Source: Lama guanicoe
Taxonomy: Eukaryota
DNA length: 64,000 nt
Direction of reading: 5' to 3'
Assembly (NCBI GenBank): GCA_013239625.1
Contig: MU054662.1
Span: 14,621,798-14,685,797 of the forward strand
Position 1 is the stretch's first letter. Every line of letters begins with the position of its first letter. Made by a program: the position numbers and the translations under genes. This document shows positions 10,501 through 22,500 of this stretch, one piece after another. Under the pieces are notes generated by a model. The model worked only from the letters and a program-made list of their open reading frames with translations, ran no database searches and had not been told where the DNA came from.

Positions 10501-13500
10501 GCATTTGTCTTTTTAAATCCTGTAAAAATAAAAAGTGGAATTATAAACTAAAATTCTAATAGTGCTGGTTTGTACATTTTTTTCCACATATTTACCTTTA
10601 CCGGAGAACTTTATATCTTCATTTGGCTTTGAGTTCTCGTCTAGCATCTTTTTATTTCACCTTGAGGGACTCCATGTAGCATTTCTTGTTAGGCAAGTCT
10701 AGTGGTAATGAGTTCCCTCAGATTTTGTTTGTTTGAGAATATCTTAAGTTTTCTCTTATTTTTGAAGGATAGTTTTGTGGATATAGAATTCTCAGCTGGT
10801 AGTTTTTTGTCATTCCTTCAGCACTTTAATGTATTATCCCACTGCCTCTGTCCTGCAAGATTTCTGATGAGCTATCCACTGATAGTCTTATTGGGGACGG
10901 TTAGCAGACATTTGGTCCTGTCCAAAATGTGCATAAGACATTTGGTCCACGCTAAAAAGTCTTTGATGTTTGGTCCTGTCCAAGAATGCACATCGACATT
11001 TTGGACAGGACCAAATTTCAAGGACCTTTTGGCATGAACTAAATGTCTTATGGAGAGAATGTCTTATGGATGTTTTGGATAGGACCAAGTGTCATGCAAG
11101 GTTGTGGACCCTTTGTCCATGTCAAGTTACTTTTCTCTTGCTCCTTTTAAGAATCTCTGTCTTTGGCTTCTGAACATTTGATAATGTGTACTGGTATGGG
11201 TCTTTGATTTAATGCTCCCTGGAGTTCACGGAAGCTTCTTGGATTTGTATATCTATGTCTCCTCAAATTTGAGAGGTTTTTAGCTATTATTTTTTCAAAT
11301 AATCTCTCTCCCCCTTTCTTTATTATCCTTTTAGGGTGTCTTACTGAATATATTAGTCTGTTTACTGATGTTGCTTAAGTCCCTCAGGCTCTGTTCACTT
11401 TTCGTCTTTCTTTTTCCTTTTTGCTCCTCAGACGCAATACTTCAAAATGACCTGTCGTCAAGTTTGCCCGATCTTTCTTCTGCCTGTTTGAATCTGCTGT
11501 TGAACTCCTATGGTGAATTTTTCTATTTAGATAATGTACTTTTCAGCTCCAGAATTTTTGTTTAGTTTTTGTAATAGTCTCTGTCTCTTTATTGATACTC
11601 TCACTTTGTCTGTATGTCCTTTTCCGGATTTCTCTGTCCATGTTTTTCTTTAGCTCTTTGAGCATATTTATGACAGTTATTTTAAAATCTTTGTCTAGTA
11701 AGTTCAGTGGTGTGTTTCTTTAGAGACTGTTTCTGGATATTTATTTTGTCCCTTTGAATGAGGTATGTTTTCCTGTTTCTTTGTATGCCATGTTTTTTGG
11801 TTGAAAACTGGGCATTTGAGGAAACAGCCCCTCTCCCAGTTCTTGCAGTCTGCAGGGACACCTTTACTATTCAGAGGGCTCTTGGAGATCAGCCTAGGAT
11901 GAAGGCTTGAGATCATTTCACATGTTTTCTTGGCATGTATCCTATCCGGCTAGTGTGTATGTTTTTATTTATTTTATTTTTAATTTCCCCCAGCTGCTTT
12001 TATGCCTTGATTCCCTGAGTCTCACCCTGGCTTCTTCCTGTGGCCTGAGGTGTTCTCTGTGTTCCTCTGCCTGTGACACTTTGCTGCCAGGCATCCTTGG
12101 GTCTGTAGTCCCCAGAGTGCTGACATGCTGTGGGCCATCCCTGTCTTCTGCAGCTCTCAGCCAGAGGTCCAAACTGTACCAATATGTTCCGTCTGATCTC
12201 CAAGTCAGATAGCAGAGGCTAGTCCACCAGGCAGCGGGCAGCCTACAGACAGCTCTGAATGTTGCAAACAAGCTCTGTCCCTTCTATCCTGGGGAAGGGG
12301 ACTGTAATCGGGGTGGGTCCTTCTGACTGTACCATGAGATACCAGGGAGGGGGCGGGACAACATGGAATTTCCTGCCATTCAAAAAATGTCTTCTTTTTG
12401 ATTGGGCATTCAGTTGTTTGCTTAAACACTTGGCTTCTTTCCAAAGCCCCTACGAAGTTATTTTAGTCAGTGTGTAGTTGTTTATTTGATGTTTCCACAG
12501 GGGAACGGGGGCCTGGAGCCTCCTGCTCCATGTCCTCTGACGTCACTCAATTATACACCAAGCTTTCTGAGACCTGCACTTTGAAGTGGGATGTATTTCT
12601 GGTATTCGGCGACGAGCTTCTGTGGCTCCCACGACACCCATGCCCTGACCGTTTCTGTCTTCCCCAGTACAGGTACGGAGGACCTGTCATCGCTGTGCAG
12701 GTGGAGAACGAGTATGGCTCCTATAACAGAGACCCTGCCTACATGCCCTATGTCAAGAGAGTAAGCGTCAGCTTGGGCCCTGTCTCCACGCTCTTTCTGT
12801 GGGGTGTGTTATGGGCTCTGGTGTGGTGTGCGGGTCTGGTGCTCCTCTCTGGTCAAGACCACATCTCCCAGCACCATTTACTAATTAGTGAATCCATTCT
12901 CCCTCCCTTTAGTTCCACAGAGTCCTCACCTGTTTACTCTTTGTTGGTTGAGGTTAGTGGAAGCACAGTTCACACGTGGTGTTGCCGGGGCCAGGAGTAA
13001 AGGATCCTTAACTGGGTGGCAGTGGTAGGGGGTCTTCCTGGGGGGCTGCTCTCACTCCGGCACCTGAGGCCATGGCCCCACCCTCCACTGCACGTTGGCT
13101 CCATCTGGGGAGTTGTTTCAACTCGCTGCGCTCGGGCTACATGCTCTGCCGGTTAAATAAGGGTCCCTGGGGTGGAGTCAGATATTTGCGTCCAGTGTAT
13201 GGTACAGTCGGGAGTGCCACGGTGGGAGCTCAAGCTGACTGGAGCTTTGTTGAAATGCAGGCGGCTTTCTGCACAGAACAGTCATTTGTGGAGACTCTCC
13301 CCCTTTCTCTCCTTTGAGGAACGGCAGGCTGACTAGTCTGATCCCTCACAGGCCTTGGAGGACCGGGGTATCGTGGAGCTGCTCTTGACCTCAGACAACA
13401 AGGACGGCCTGAGCAAGGGGGTCGTGGATGGAGGTACTTGCCTGTTGGGCATGTAGGGGACGGGGGACGGGGGCGGCACCCCGGCCTGGCTGTGCTCCCC

Positions 13501-16500
13501 CAGACGGCCTGAGCCACAGCGGAGTTCTCTGATGCCTGTTCTCCTGTGTGCGTGGGTCTGGGCCTCAGCGGGTAGGGGAGGCTGGGACAGGTGGACTTGG
13601 GTAGACCCTGTGGCTGGCCTCTCAGTCCCTACACCGGGCCGTCGCCCTGCGTCTCCCTGTCCTGTGGACGCGCTGCTCCCACACGAGCAAGCCCTTTCTC
13701 CCCGGCCCCGTCCTGTCCCACATAACCAGGTTTTATCCCTCCTGGTCCGTAACACCCGCACATAAATGTGCTGCTCTTTCTCCCTCCAGTAGGGCTCTGC
13801 TGGCCCACGTCCCTGCAGGGTGTTCTGTTTCTCCGCTGTCCCCTTGACCGTCCCCTCCTCCATGCTCCCTGGCCCCTGGCCCCATGCCTCCCCGTCTTGG
13901 CCCCTGGCGAGCCCAGTACCACCCTCCTCTCTACACCGGCCCTGCCCCTTTCTAGGTCGCGGTGGCCTCCCCATGCATGACACTGTCCGCGACCTCCGGT
14001 GGTACCTTCAGTGTCTTTTCCTTGAAACGTCGTCGTTCTCCCTGGCGTCCGGGGCGATTCTCGGACCTGGCTGGTCTCCTGGGGGCCTGTCCTCCCACCG
14101 TAAGACGGGCGCAGTTCCCGTCGCTTCCACGCGGGGCGCTGTGTCCCCGCGGCTGCTTCCGGGCTCCGCGCACCGGCTCAGCGCCTGGAGGGGCTGCGGC
14201 CGTGCTGGGGCGGGGCCCTCTGGGCGGGGCGGGTTTAGCTGCCGGCCTGTCCGCCGAGGCGCAGGGAGGTGGATGCGCGCTGGTCCCCGCCCCTCGCGCC
14301 CCCTCCTCTCCTCCTCCCGCCCTCACCCCCGCCCCCAGCCTCCGGATCGCTGCCTGCCGCCCGGAATTACTTATTTTAAACGATTTAGTTAAAGTAAAGT
14401 AAAGTAAAGTAAGGCTTTCCCAAGGTGTAAAAGTAAAATCATAGGAACGCGCATAAAGAAACAGTGTGGCCCTCCGCGCGCAGCGCCCGGCAGTGACCAT
14501 TCTGAACATTTAACTCTTCTCGGGCATCTTCTCCGTAAATCTCGGTGACGTGGGGCTGCGCGCTCCTTCCCGCCGAGGGTTCAGGTCTCCGCTGCCGCTC
14601 TGGCCCCGCGGCCCTCCTGGCGGTGCAGACCCCTCCCCGCCCTCACTGGCGGCCGCGCTTCTGCTGTAATTACCCCGTTTATTTTCCTCTCCTGTTGAGG
14701 GCTTTTCTCTCCCTCTTCCTCCCTCCCTCTTTTCTCTTCCGAACTCCTGTCCTGGTGTCGACAGGTTTTGCGCTGTCAGATTCTGGTCCAGCCCTGTGGC
14801 GCCGGCGCCGCGCTGTCCCGGGCCTGACCGCGGCCGGCACGCCTTCCCTGGGACTGGGCCTGGGTCCCCATCCTCTTGTCTGTCCGCCTGTCTGTCCAGG
14901 TTTCCCAGTCGTGGTCTCTGCGGGACGCCCCGTCCGAGCTGCCGGGCGGGGCGGCCAGCTGGCCCCTCCCGGCTGTGCTGTCCCGTCTGGCCTGTGTGCC
15001 GCCGTGGTGACCCTCCAAGTGCGCGGTGGTTCATCCCCGCCTTCCCTGCTGTGTCATGGGTGACATCCTCAGCTGTTTTCCTCCAGTCCTAGTTCCTGGG
15101 TCACACTCACGTTTCTCTTCAACATATTTCTTTCCTCACAGCCTGCTTGTTCAGGGACTCTGTCTTTCTCATCTCTCTCTGAGGGCATTTCACTGTTTTG
15201 CACATTAACTGGTTCTGCTCTGTTTCCCATGTCTGGGAGCCTCTTGATGGATCATCTGGCGCTGACCCAGCAGTTTAGGGAAGAGGCACCGAGTGGCCCT
15301 GGGGGCTGGTGGGGGTGTGGCTGGTGCTCTCTCCGTGGGTGATGGGCGAGTCCGTGTTCCAGTGAGAGGAATCCTGTATGGTGCTGCGGGTGCTGCTTCG
15401 CAGGATGAAGTGATGCCTGAGGAGAACCCTCGGGCCGTCACTGCGGGTGTCCGGCAGTAGGAACGGCAGGGGTCACCTGTTCATAGTGTCCTCTTCCCAC
15501 CGAGCCTCCGCTTTCCTGGGCTAGAGGGGGCGTGAGGCTGGGATGTGGAGAAGCAGGGGGCTGGGGTGGGGGCCAGCAGTCCCCTCGGCTCTCAGGTGGC
15601 TTCCAGACCCACCGCCCCTTTCCAGGCACCCGAGGTATCCTTGAACTACCGTCCCATCTCCCGTTCTTGCTCCCTACTGTCTCCTCCTCCGTCTTGTTTC
15701 CTGGGCTGTCACGGAGGACGGAGCAGGTGCAGGGTTCGCTTGGCCGTGCTGACTGGGCTCTGAGACCCTGCCAAGGTTTCAGGCTGGCCCCCTGTCTCAG
15801 GTGTCCACTTCTGGTGAGGAGGGCCTGGATGTGCAGTCTTACCCAGACAGGTGGGTCACTCACCAGTGGTGTGACCTGAGACAAGTCGTTTAACCTCCTG
15901 GAGCCCCAGCTGTTGTCTGTCTGTCTGTCTGTAATCACTGGTGCATTGGGGGGCCAGCTGCCCAGGTGGCTCCCCTGCCTCCCCAGGCCCCCCATCTAGG
16001 AGCAAGACGCAGGCAAGGAGCCTCAGGGCCATGTCCGTGGTTTCTTTCTCAGGGATCCCGTTTTCTGGCAGAAAGCCGTTTAAAGATCTTGGGGGTGGAA
16101 CAGAAAATTAGCCATTCCCTAAGATGTAAAAGGGAGCCTTGGTTTAGAAGGGCACCCTGTACTGGGCACTGGACGTGCACTGTAGGCTCTGGGCTCTGGT
16201 CTAAAGAGTATGTCAATCGAGAGCAGTGCAGGGTGGGTGCGTCTCAGGGGGGTGTGCCTCTCGGGGTGGGGGGCTCTGCCAAGTGGTGGGGTTTCTCCTG
16301 ACGTTACAGGAGTCAGCTGTGACTGGAGGTGGGAGACAGAGTCGAGATGAGTTAGTTGATTTGCTGGTGGGGTGAGGAGGGTCCAGGTCTTCCTGGATTT
16401 GGGGAGAACTCTCTGTTCTCCTCCCCTGCAGTGCTGGCCACCATCAACCTGCAGTCACAGAGCGAGCTGCAGCTGCTGGTCACCTATCTGCTAAGTGTCC

Positions 16501-19500
16501 AGGTGAGTCAGTGAGCATGGACCAGGTTCCCAAAGCGGGGCTGAGCCTCCATGTGGGGAACCTGTCCCTGGCTTGGGTCCGCAGACAGAGGGAAGGCCCT
16601 GGCTCAGCCCTGGCTCAGCCCTGGGCTTCAGCCTCCCTTCCCCAGGGCCCATCCCACCCCTGTGCCCCTCTTCCTGCCCCGGCGAGGTTGCTCTGAGGGG
16701 TCCCTGTGTCGGCTGGTGCGTGAAGCTAGTTTCCTGCCTCTTGAGAAAGGGGCCCTTTGTGAAGCTCTGGGCGTGGTGGGCTGTGTCCCAGAGGCCTCTT
16801 GTCTGGAAGTTTGTAGACTCAGGAGTTCCAGGTGTGCTCATTTTGGCCCTAGGGGTTGAGGGAAGAGACATTCCCTGCTCGTTTGTGTCTGACCTTAACC
16901 TGCTCTGGGCCCGGAAAGACGATTGTCACCAGAAAATGGGAGTCCTAGTCCCTTCCAGGCCAGGAGGGGAGGAGCTCTTGGATGTATCCAGGAACTTATG
17001 GTGAAGTCCTACCCTGACTGACTCCTCCGGTCTTAGGTCCGCGTCCTCTCCCAGGGAGAGTGATGATCTGGCCCAGGCCACTGTGACCATTTGGGGGAGC
17101 AGAGGCTGCATCTCACTCTGTGTTATGGGGCTGTTGGTGGGGGAGGCTGGGTTGTCCCCTGTTCCAGCTGTTCCTTTTCGGAGCAGATGTGGTGTCCAGA
17201 GGGACAGCCACGTGAAACATCACCACAGTGTGAAGCCGCCAGGGTGAGGGCCCCAGTGTGTGGGAGGTGCTACTGGAGTTTAGAGGGACCAGCAGGATGC
17301 AGAGAGGTGCCCAGGTGGGACAGAGTGGGCCCCTGGACAGCTGCTCCACAGGTGCGAGAAGACAGCATGCAGGCGGCCCTGGCCCAGCTTGTGTCCCCGC
17401 TTCCTCCACCTGCCGAGCGGGGGTCTGAGACGACAGGGTCTCTGCCCACCGGGGAAGAGACGCGTTAGGGAAACAGTTGCCCAGGAGCCAAGTGGGCTTG
17501 TCCTGGAGTTTGCCCAGGATGGGGATGGTATTGTGCCCCTCACCTTCTCTGCCCTCTTCTGTGAAGTGGGGGTCACAGTGGGACCCCTCATAGGGCAGTT
17601 AAAGGTCAAGTGGGTGATGTTTGGGGGGAACTCAGACAGCCATGATCCCCAGAGGCTCCTTCAGCGTCGTCCTCAGAAGGGTGGCCCCAGGCTATTTGTC
17701 CTGTCCACAGCACTTGTGGCCACAACGTGTGCTTTCAACCAGGAAGGGGCCGTTCAGATCAGAGGTCCTTCAGGGGGTCAGTGCCCCTGCCCTGCTTTAC
17801 TTGGGGTGCCAGGCTGCACCTTGCCGGCCTGGGTCTGTCCAGTGACAAAAAGATGAAAGCAGGTATCCCCGAGCACGTCTTCAGGGGTCAGCGTGTGCTG
17901 AGGGCTCCAGTGTCCCATCCCCTGTGATTCTCCCAGTGGCCACAGGAGACAGATTCCAGGACAGGGAAGCCCTGGCAGGGGCAGGTCAGGGAGTCCTGCA
18001 CAGTCCAGGCACAGCCAGCTCTTGGCTACGTCGGGCCATTGGTGGACAGCCCGGCCCCTCAGGTGTGGGACCCCTCCTGGCACTGGAGGCTGCTGACGTG
18101 TGTGACTCAGTGACCTAAACAAGGTATAGGGTGTCCCCTTGGAGGTAGGCATCCATAAGGAAACCAAGCCACTGATCTTGCTAGAAAATTGTCATGACCT
18201 CTGTGGCCTTTTCTGCGGCATGGTGGGGACCTTCTACTCAACGGACCACAAACCTGCCACCACCCTGAAGGGACAGTGGTGCCCTGTGCCGGGGCCCCTG
18301 ACCGCCAGGCTGTCAGTGGCAGAGTGGGTGCTTGATGGGCGAGGAAGACCTGCGGGGCAGAACCAGCGACACCAGCATCAGCCCCAGCGCCTCTCTGGTA
18401 CTCTGGCGCTTCTGCGAACGTGGCTATGCAGAGCTGGTCCCGGGAGTGAGCTCTGTGTCCTTGGGGCAGTCCTGTGGCAAGTCAGGATCTGGAAGCAATA
18501 CTAGACTCTGGAACGTCCTGGCTGAGGCATCGTGGTGGCAGAGTCTGCACTGGGACAGCTGTGACGCCCTGGTCTTCTGGTCTGGTTTTGCAAACTTCTG
18601 ATGAAACTGACCTGGGCCTGGTGGAGGGCCCACCCCACAGGCCCCTGACCCCTCCAGCCAAAGGGACGCGGCAGCTGCGGGTCTGTGTCCACATGAGCCT
18701 CTCAGAGAGGGTGACTCTGGTGGAAGGCTCTCCCTCCTGAAGAGGACACGCAGAGCTTGGTTTGATCTAGAAAGCAAACCGGTGTGAGGACCACATGGCT
18801 GTGCTGCTGGGAAAGGCTCACCTCAGGTGGAACCTGGGGTTCTCCACCAGCACCGTGGGCAGCATTGACACCACATCCACGGGGCAGTGTCTGCTGTGTT
18901 CACTTAGGTAGCCCCAGCCACTCACTCTACTCCGGGTGGAGGCTGCACATGGGGGACGAGCAGCTGCAGGTGCATTTGGTGCTCACCTGTGCCCTGCTTA
19001 CAGGCGTCTGAGGCTGGGTATGCAGCTGGGAAGGGTCCAGAAGTCAGAGGTGCTGGACTCCTCAGGAAGGGCCCCCATCTCCCTCAGCCAGCTGACATCT
19101 GCTTTTGTGGTGCGCAGAGCGTTCAGCCCAAGATGGTAATGGAGTACTGGACCGGCTGGTTCGACTCGTGGGGCGGCCCACACAACATCCTGGACTCCTC
19201 AGGTGAGTGTCCAGGGCTGCGTCCAGCGCGAGTGTGAGAGTAAGTTCTGGCTTGGCTGCTACGTGATGCAGAGGAGCTGCCGGGCTCCGGGGAGTCTCTG
19301 CCGCATAGTCAGGTCTTGATGGTCCAGAGTCACCAGTCCTGACGCGTGAAGTGAGCGGTCGAACGGGGCTCTGGGACGCCTTTGTGAGCAGGTGAGGACA
19401 CGTGTCTCTGGAGACACCCGGCCAGCACAATGTGTCAAGAAGAAGCAGAAGCCCTGGAGCGCAGAGCAGACATTGGGACGTGTGTGGCCCAGGCATCCTC

Positions 19501-22500
19501 CGTCTCCGTCCGCAGCCCTGGGCACGCCTGCAGACGGGTGTGGGCAGAGGTGGGCGCACCTGCTCCTGCAGCCTCGCGTGCCCGTGAGGGACACAGGTGC
19601 ACAGCTTCCTACGTGGTTAGGTGTGGCTCCCACCACCACTTGAAGGAACGCAGAGAGCCTGGGGGGCTGATCCGGTCTCTTGTTGATGAGGACCTGGGTG
19701 GCCCTCCCGTGGTCAGGTTAGCTCACCTGGCCTGTCTCCTGCAACACCTTCCCAGCAACAGCCCTGCTTCGTTAATGCACGTCTGACCGTGCCTACTCAC
19801 CTGCCCCAGGAAGAGCCTAGCCGTCCCATTTCCAGCAGGCGCGTCGGCACTGAGTGTGAAAGTAATTTTGGTGCTTGGTGGTCTGATAGGTCCTCGTTCA
19901 GCCCTCATGTCTTGGACCAGTGCTGAGGTTTTAAACCGTATGTATGTTCGTATTTATCAGCCATTTATGTCATTGCTCTGCTGTTACTGAGCGCTGAGGG
20001 TTCACTCTCCAGTCCAGTGGGACCAGGGAAGGGCGGGGTTCAGAACCACGTCTCCCTTTCTGAATCTGGTCTCCCTGTCTCCTAAGTGGGCGTCACAGGA
20101 GAGGCCCGCCAGGAGGAGGGGCCGCCGTACTGCGGGCTGCAGACTTGGGTCAGTGCAGACTTGCCTGGGATTCAAGAGCCCTGGAAGCCCGGGCCATGGG
20201 TCCGAGATCTGCCGTCTTCCCCCACAGCCTATGGTTGGGTTTAGTGGCAGCTCTAGGACGAGCGGTGAGGGGGTCGGAGGAAGGCCTCAGCGCATGGCCC
20301 TCCCTCTCTCTGTCTCTCTCTCTCCCCCTCTCTCTGTCTTTGTCTCTCTCTCCGTCTCTGTCTCTCTATCTCTTTCTCTCCCTCTCTCTCTGACTCTGCA
20401 CCCACCCGCCAGAGGTTCTCAAGACGGTGTCTGCCATCGTGGATGCCGGCTCTTCCATCAACCTCTACATGTTCCATGGGGGCACCAACTTTGGCTTCAT
20501 GAATGGGGCGCTGCACTTCCAGGACTACAAGTCTGACGTCACCAGCTACGGCAAGTGTCCCCAGCTCGGGCCTTCCCTGCGCACCCAGCTTTGTGGGTCT
20601 GGGCTTTGAGAGGAACCCCTCGGGATGGCTTATGGCCCCATCAGTGTGATGGCCAAGGTTCTGTCTGCGGATCACTTCTGAGCTTTCAGAGCCGTAGGAG
20701 ACGGGGGGTCTTTGGAAGTCAGCCAGGGGAAGAGGGGGCACGGGCTGGGGAGGGAAGACCCTCAGGTGGGGGAGCCCCTCTCCCTCCTCAGGCCTTGAGA
20801 TGAGGCGACCCTGGCCCCCTGCCTGGAAATTCAGGGCCTGGCATTCTGGGTGGCGTTCAGTAGTATTTAGTAGGTGTGACATCTCGACTGACGATGCCCA
20901 AATTGCTGGGCGAGGACCCTGCCGTCTGCTCAGCCTCTCCCCTTCCATCTGCTGCCACGCATGACATGTCGTGGGGCCCGGGGTCCAAGGCCATGACGGT
21001 GCTGGGTGTCTTGCAGACTATGACGCGGTGCTGACAGAGGCCGGGGACTACACCGCCAAGTACGTCAAGCTCCGGGAATTCTTCGGTTCTGTTTCAGGTA
21101 CCTGCCTGCGTGGACCCAGGCCCTGCTGGGCCTGGCTTCTGCTCTGAGACCCCAGATTTTGCTCTGAGTTGCTCCCCTCAACCCCAGCCTGCACCCCAGC
21201 TGGTCTGTGTGTGGGAACATCCCAGACGAGGACAGGCATGTGTGAGGGGCAGTTCTCATCAGAGTTGGGGTCCCGCCAGCCCCACCTTCTCACAGGTGTC
21301 AAGGTCCCCGAGGACATGTGGAGGCCCCTGCCCGCCCCTGGCCTTGCCTTCCCAGTGACATTCCGGCTCGACTGAGAGCGGCCTGGGCCAGGGGCGTGCT
21401 GGGCTGTGGGCAGGAGCCAGGCCCAGGGAGGCTGGAGGCGCCGTGACCGGGGGATCCTCTCGGACGGCCTTCTGTCTGCTTGTGTCGCAGGGGCCCCTCT
21501 GCCTCTCCCACCGGACCTTCTTCCCAAGACGACGTACGAGGCAGTGAAGCCAGTTTTCTGCCTGTCCCTGTGGGACGTGCTGCCCTACCTGGAGGAGGTG
21601 AGAGCCACCCGTGGCCCCAAAGGAAGAGAAGCTGCTTGGCCACGTCGCGGTCTGCTCCCCACCTTCAGAACTCAGAGCAGAGAACCCACTTGTGCTGGAG
21701 CGTGAGGCGGGAGGGACAGAAAGCAGCAGAGGAGGGGCTGGTCACACAGTCGGGACCTGGCCTCCAGCCTGGGGGGGGGTGGGGGATGGGGCTTCAGCCT
21801 CCTGCGGAGGGTGCCCCTCCTGGAGCCGCCTCCAGGCTGCCCTGGTGCAGAAGGTGTGGTGGATACAAAGCCGTCAGGCACTGCGCATGGGGCTTCGTGC
21901 TGCTCCCCCCCACCCCCACCCTGGTGACCGTGGGGAGCCCTGAAGGCAGTGGGACGAGGAGTCAGGAGCAGAACCACGGAGCTCGATTGTGTGATGAGAA
22001 GTCAAGTGGAAGAAGTGTTCCTGCTGCCCAGCCGCCCCTGCCCCCAGAGAGCTAACCCTGGGTCGGGGGGGTGCCTGCTGCCCGCCACCCCCAGGAGGCG
22101 AGGCCCTGTCTGTCTCTTCTCCGTGCAGCCAGTCAGCTCGGAAAAGCCAGTCAACATGGAGAACCTCCCGATAAACGATGGGAACGGGCAGTCCTTCGGG
22201 TACACGCTGTACGAGACCACCATCACCTCGTCTGGCATACTCAGTGGTCTCGTGCGCGACCGGGGGCAGGTAGGAGCAGCCCATCCGTCCCGCACGCCTG
22301 ACCCTCCCCCGAGCGTCGCAGGTGTGGAGAAGGCCCCGCGGCAGGAGTCGCGGCCTCCGCCTCCTCCCCGGCTGGTGCACACGGCTCCCTCTGCCTGCCC
22401 AGCGGGGACCCCTCTGCCTGCCCCAGCCAATGGGATGCGTCCTGGTCTGTCTGCTCGCTTGGCAGGTGTTTGTGAACACCGTCTCCGTAGGGTTCCTGGA

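Larger units (their letters stand above)
8956..12548 (-). mobile_element. Old L1M (LINE-1) fragment, antisense to GLB1L2: 5' UTR, ORF1 and ORF2 endonuclease region; decayed
   Basis: AT-rich block. The - strand encodes ORF2-EN-like [28 protein letters not shown] (within 9504-9887) and REKTQVTK. The 5' terminus GAGTGACGTCAG at 12548 resembles L1M 5' ends as recalled. Confidence 0.88.

Noticed and set aside
10907-11093. Regularly spaced ~12-bp repeats reminiscent of a CRISPR array
   Set aside because: The repeats invert around a centre, the spacers are themselves mirrored, there are no cas genes, and the context is a mammalian intron; it is a palindromic transposon.
8841-12271. Short ORFs in the AT-rich block
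   Set aside because: Frameshifted fragments of a dead L1, or their antisense, not host genes.
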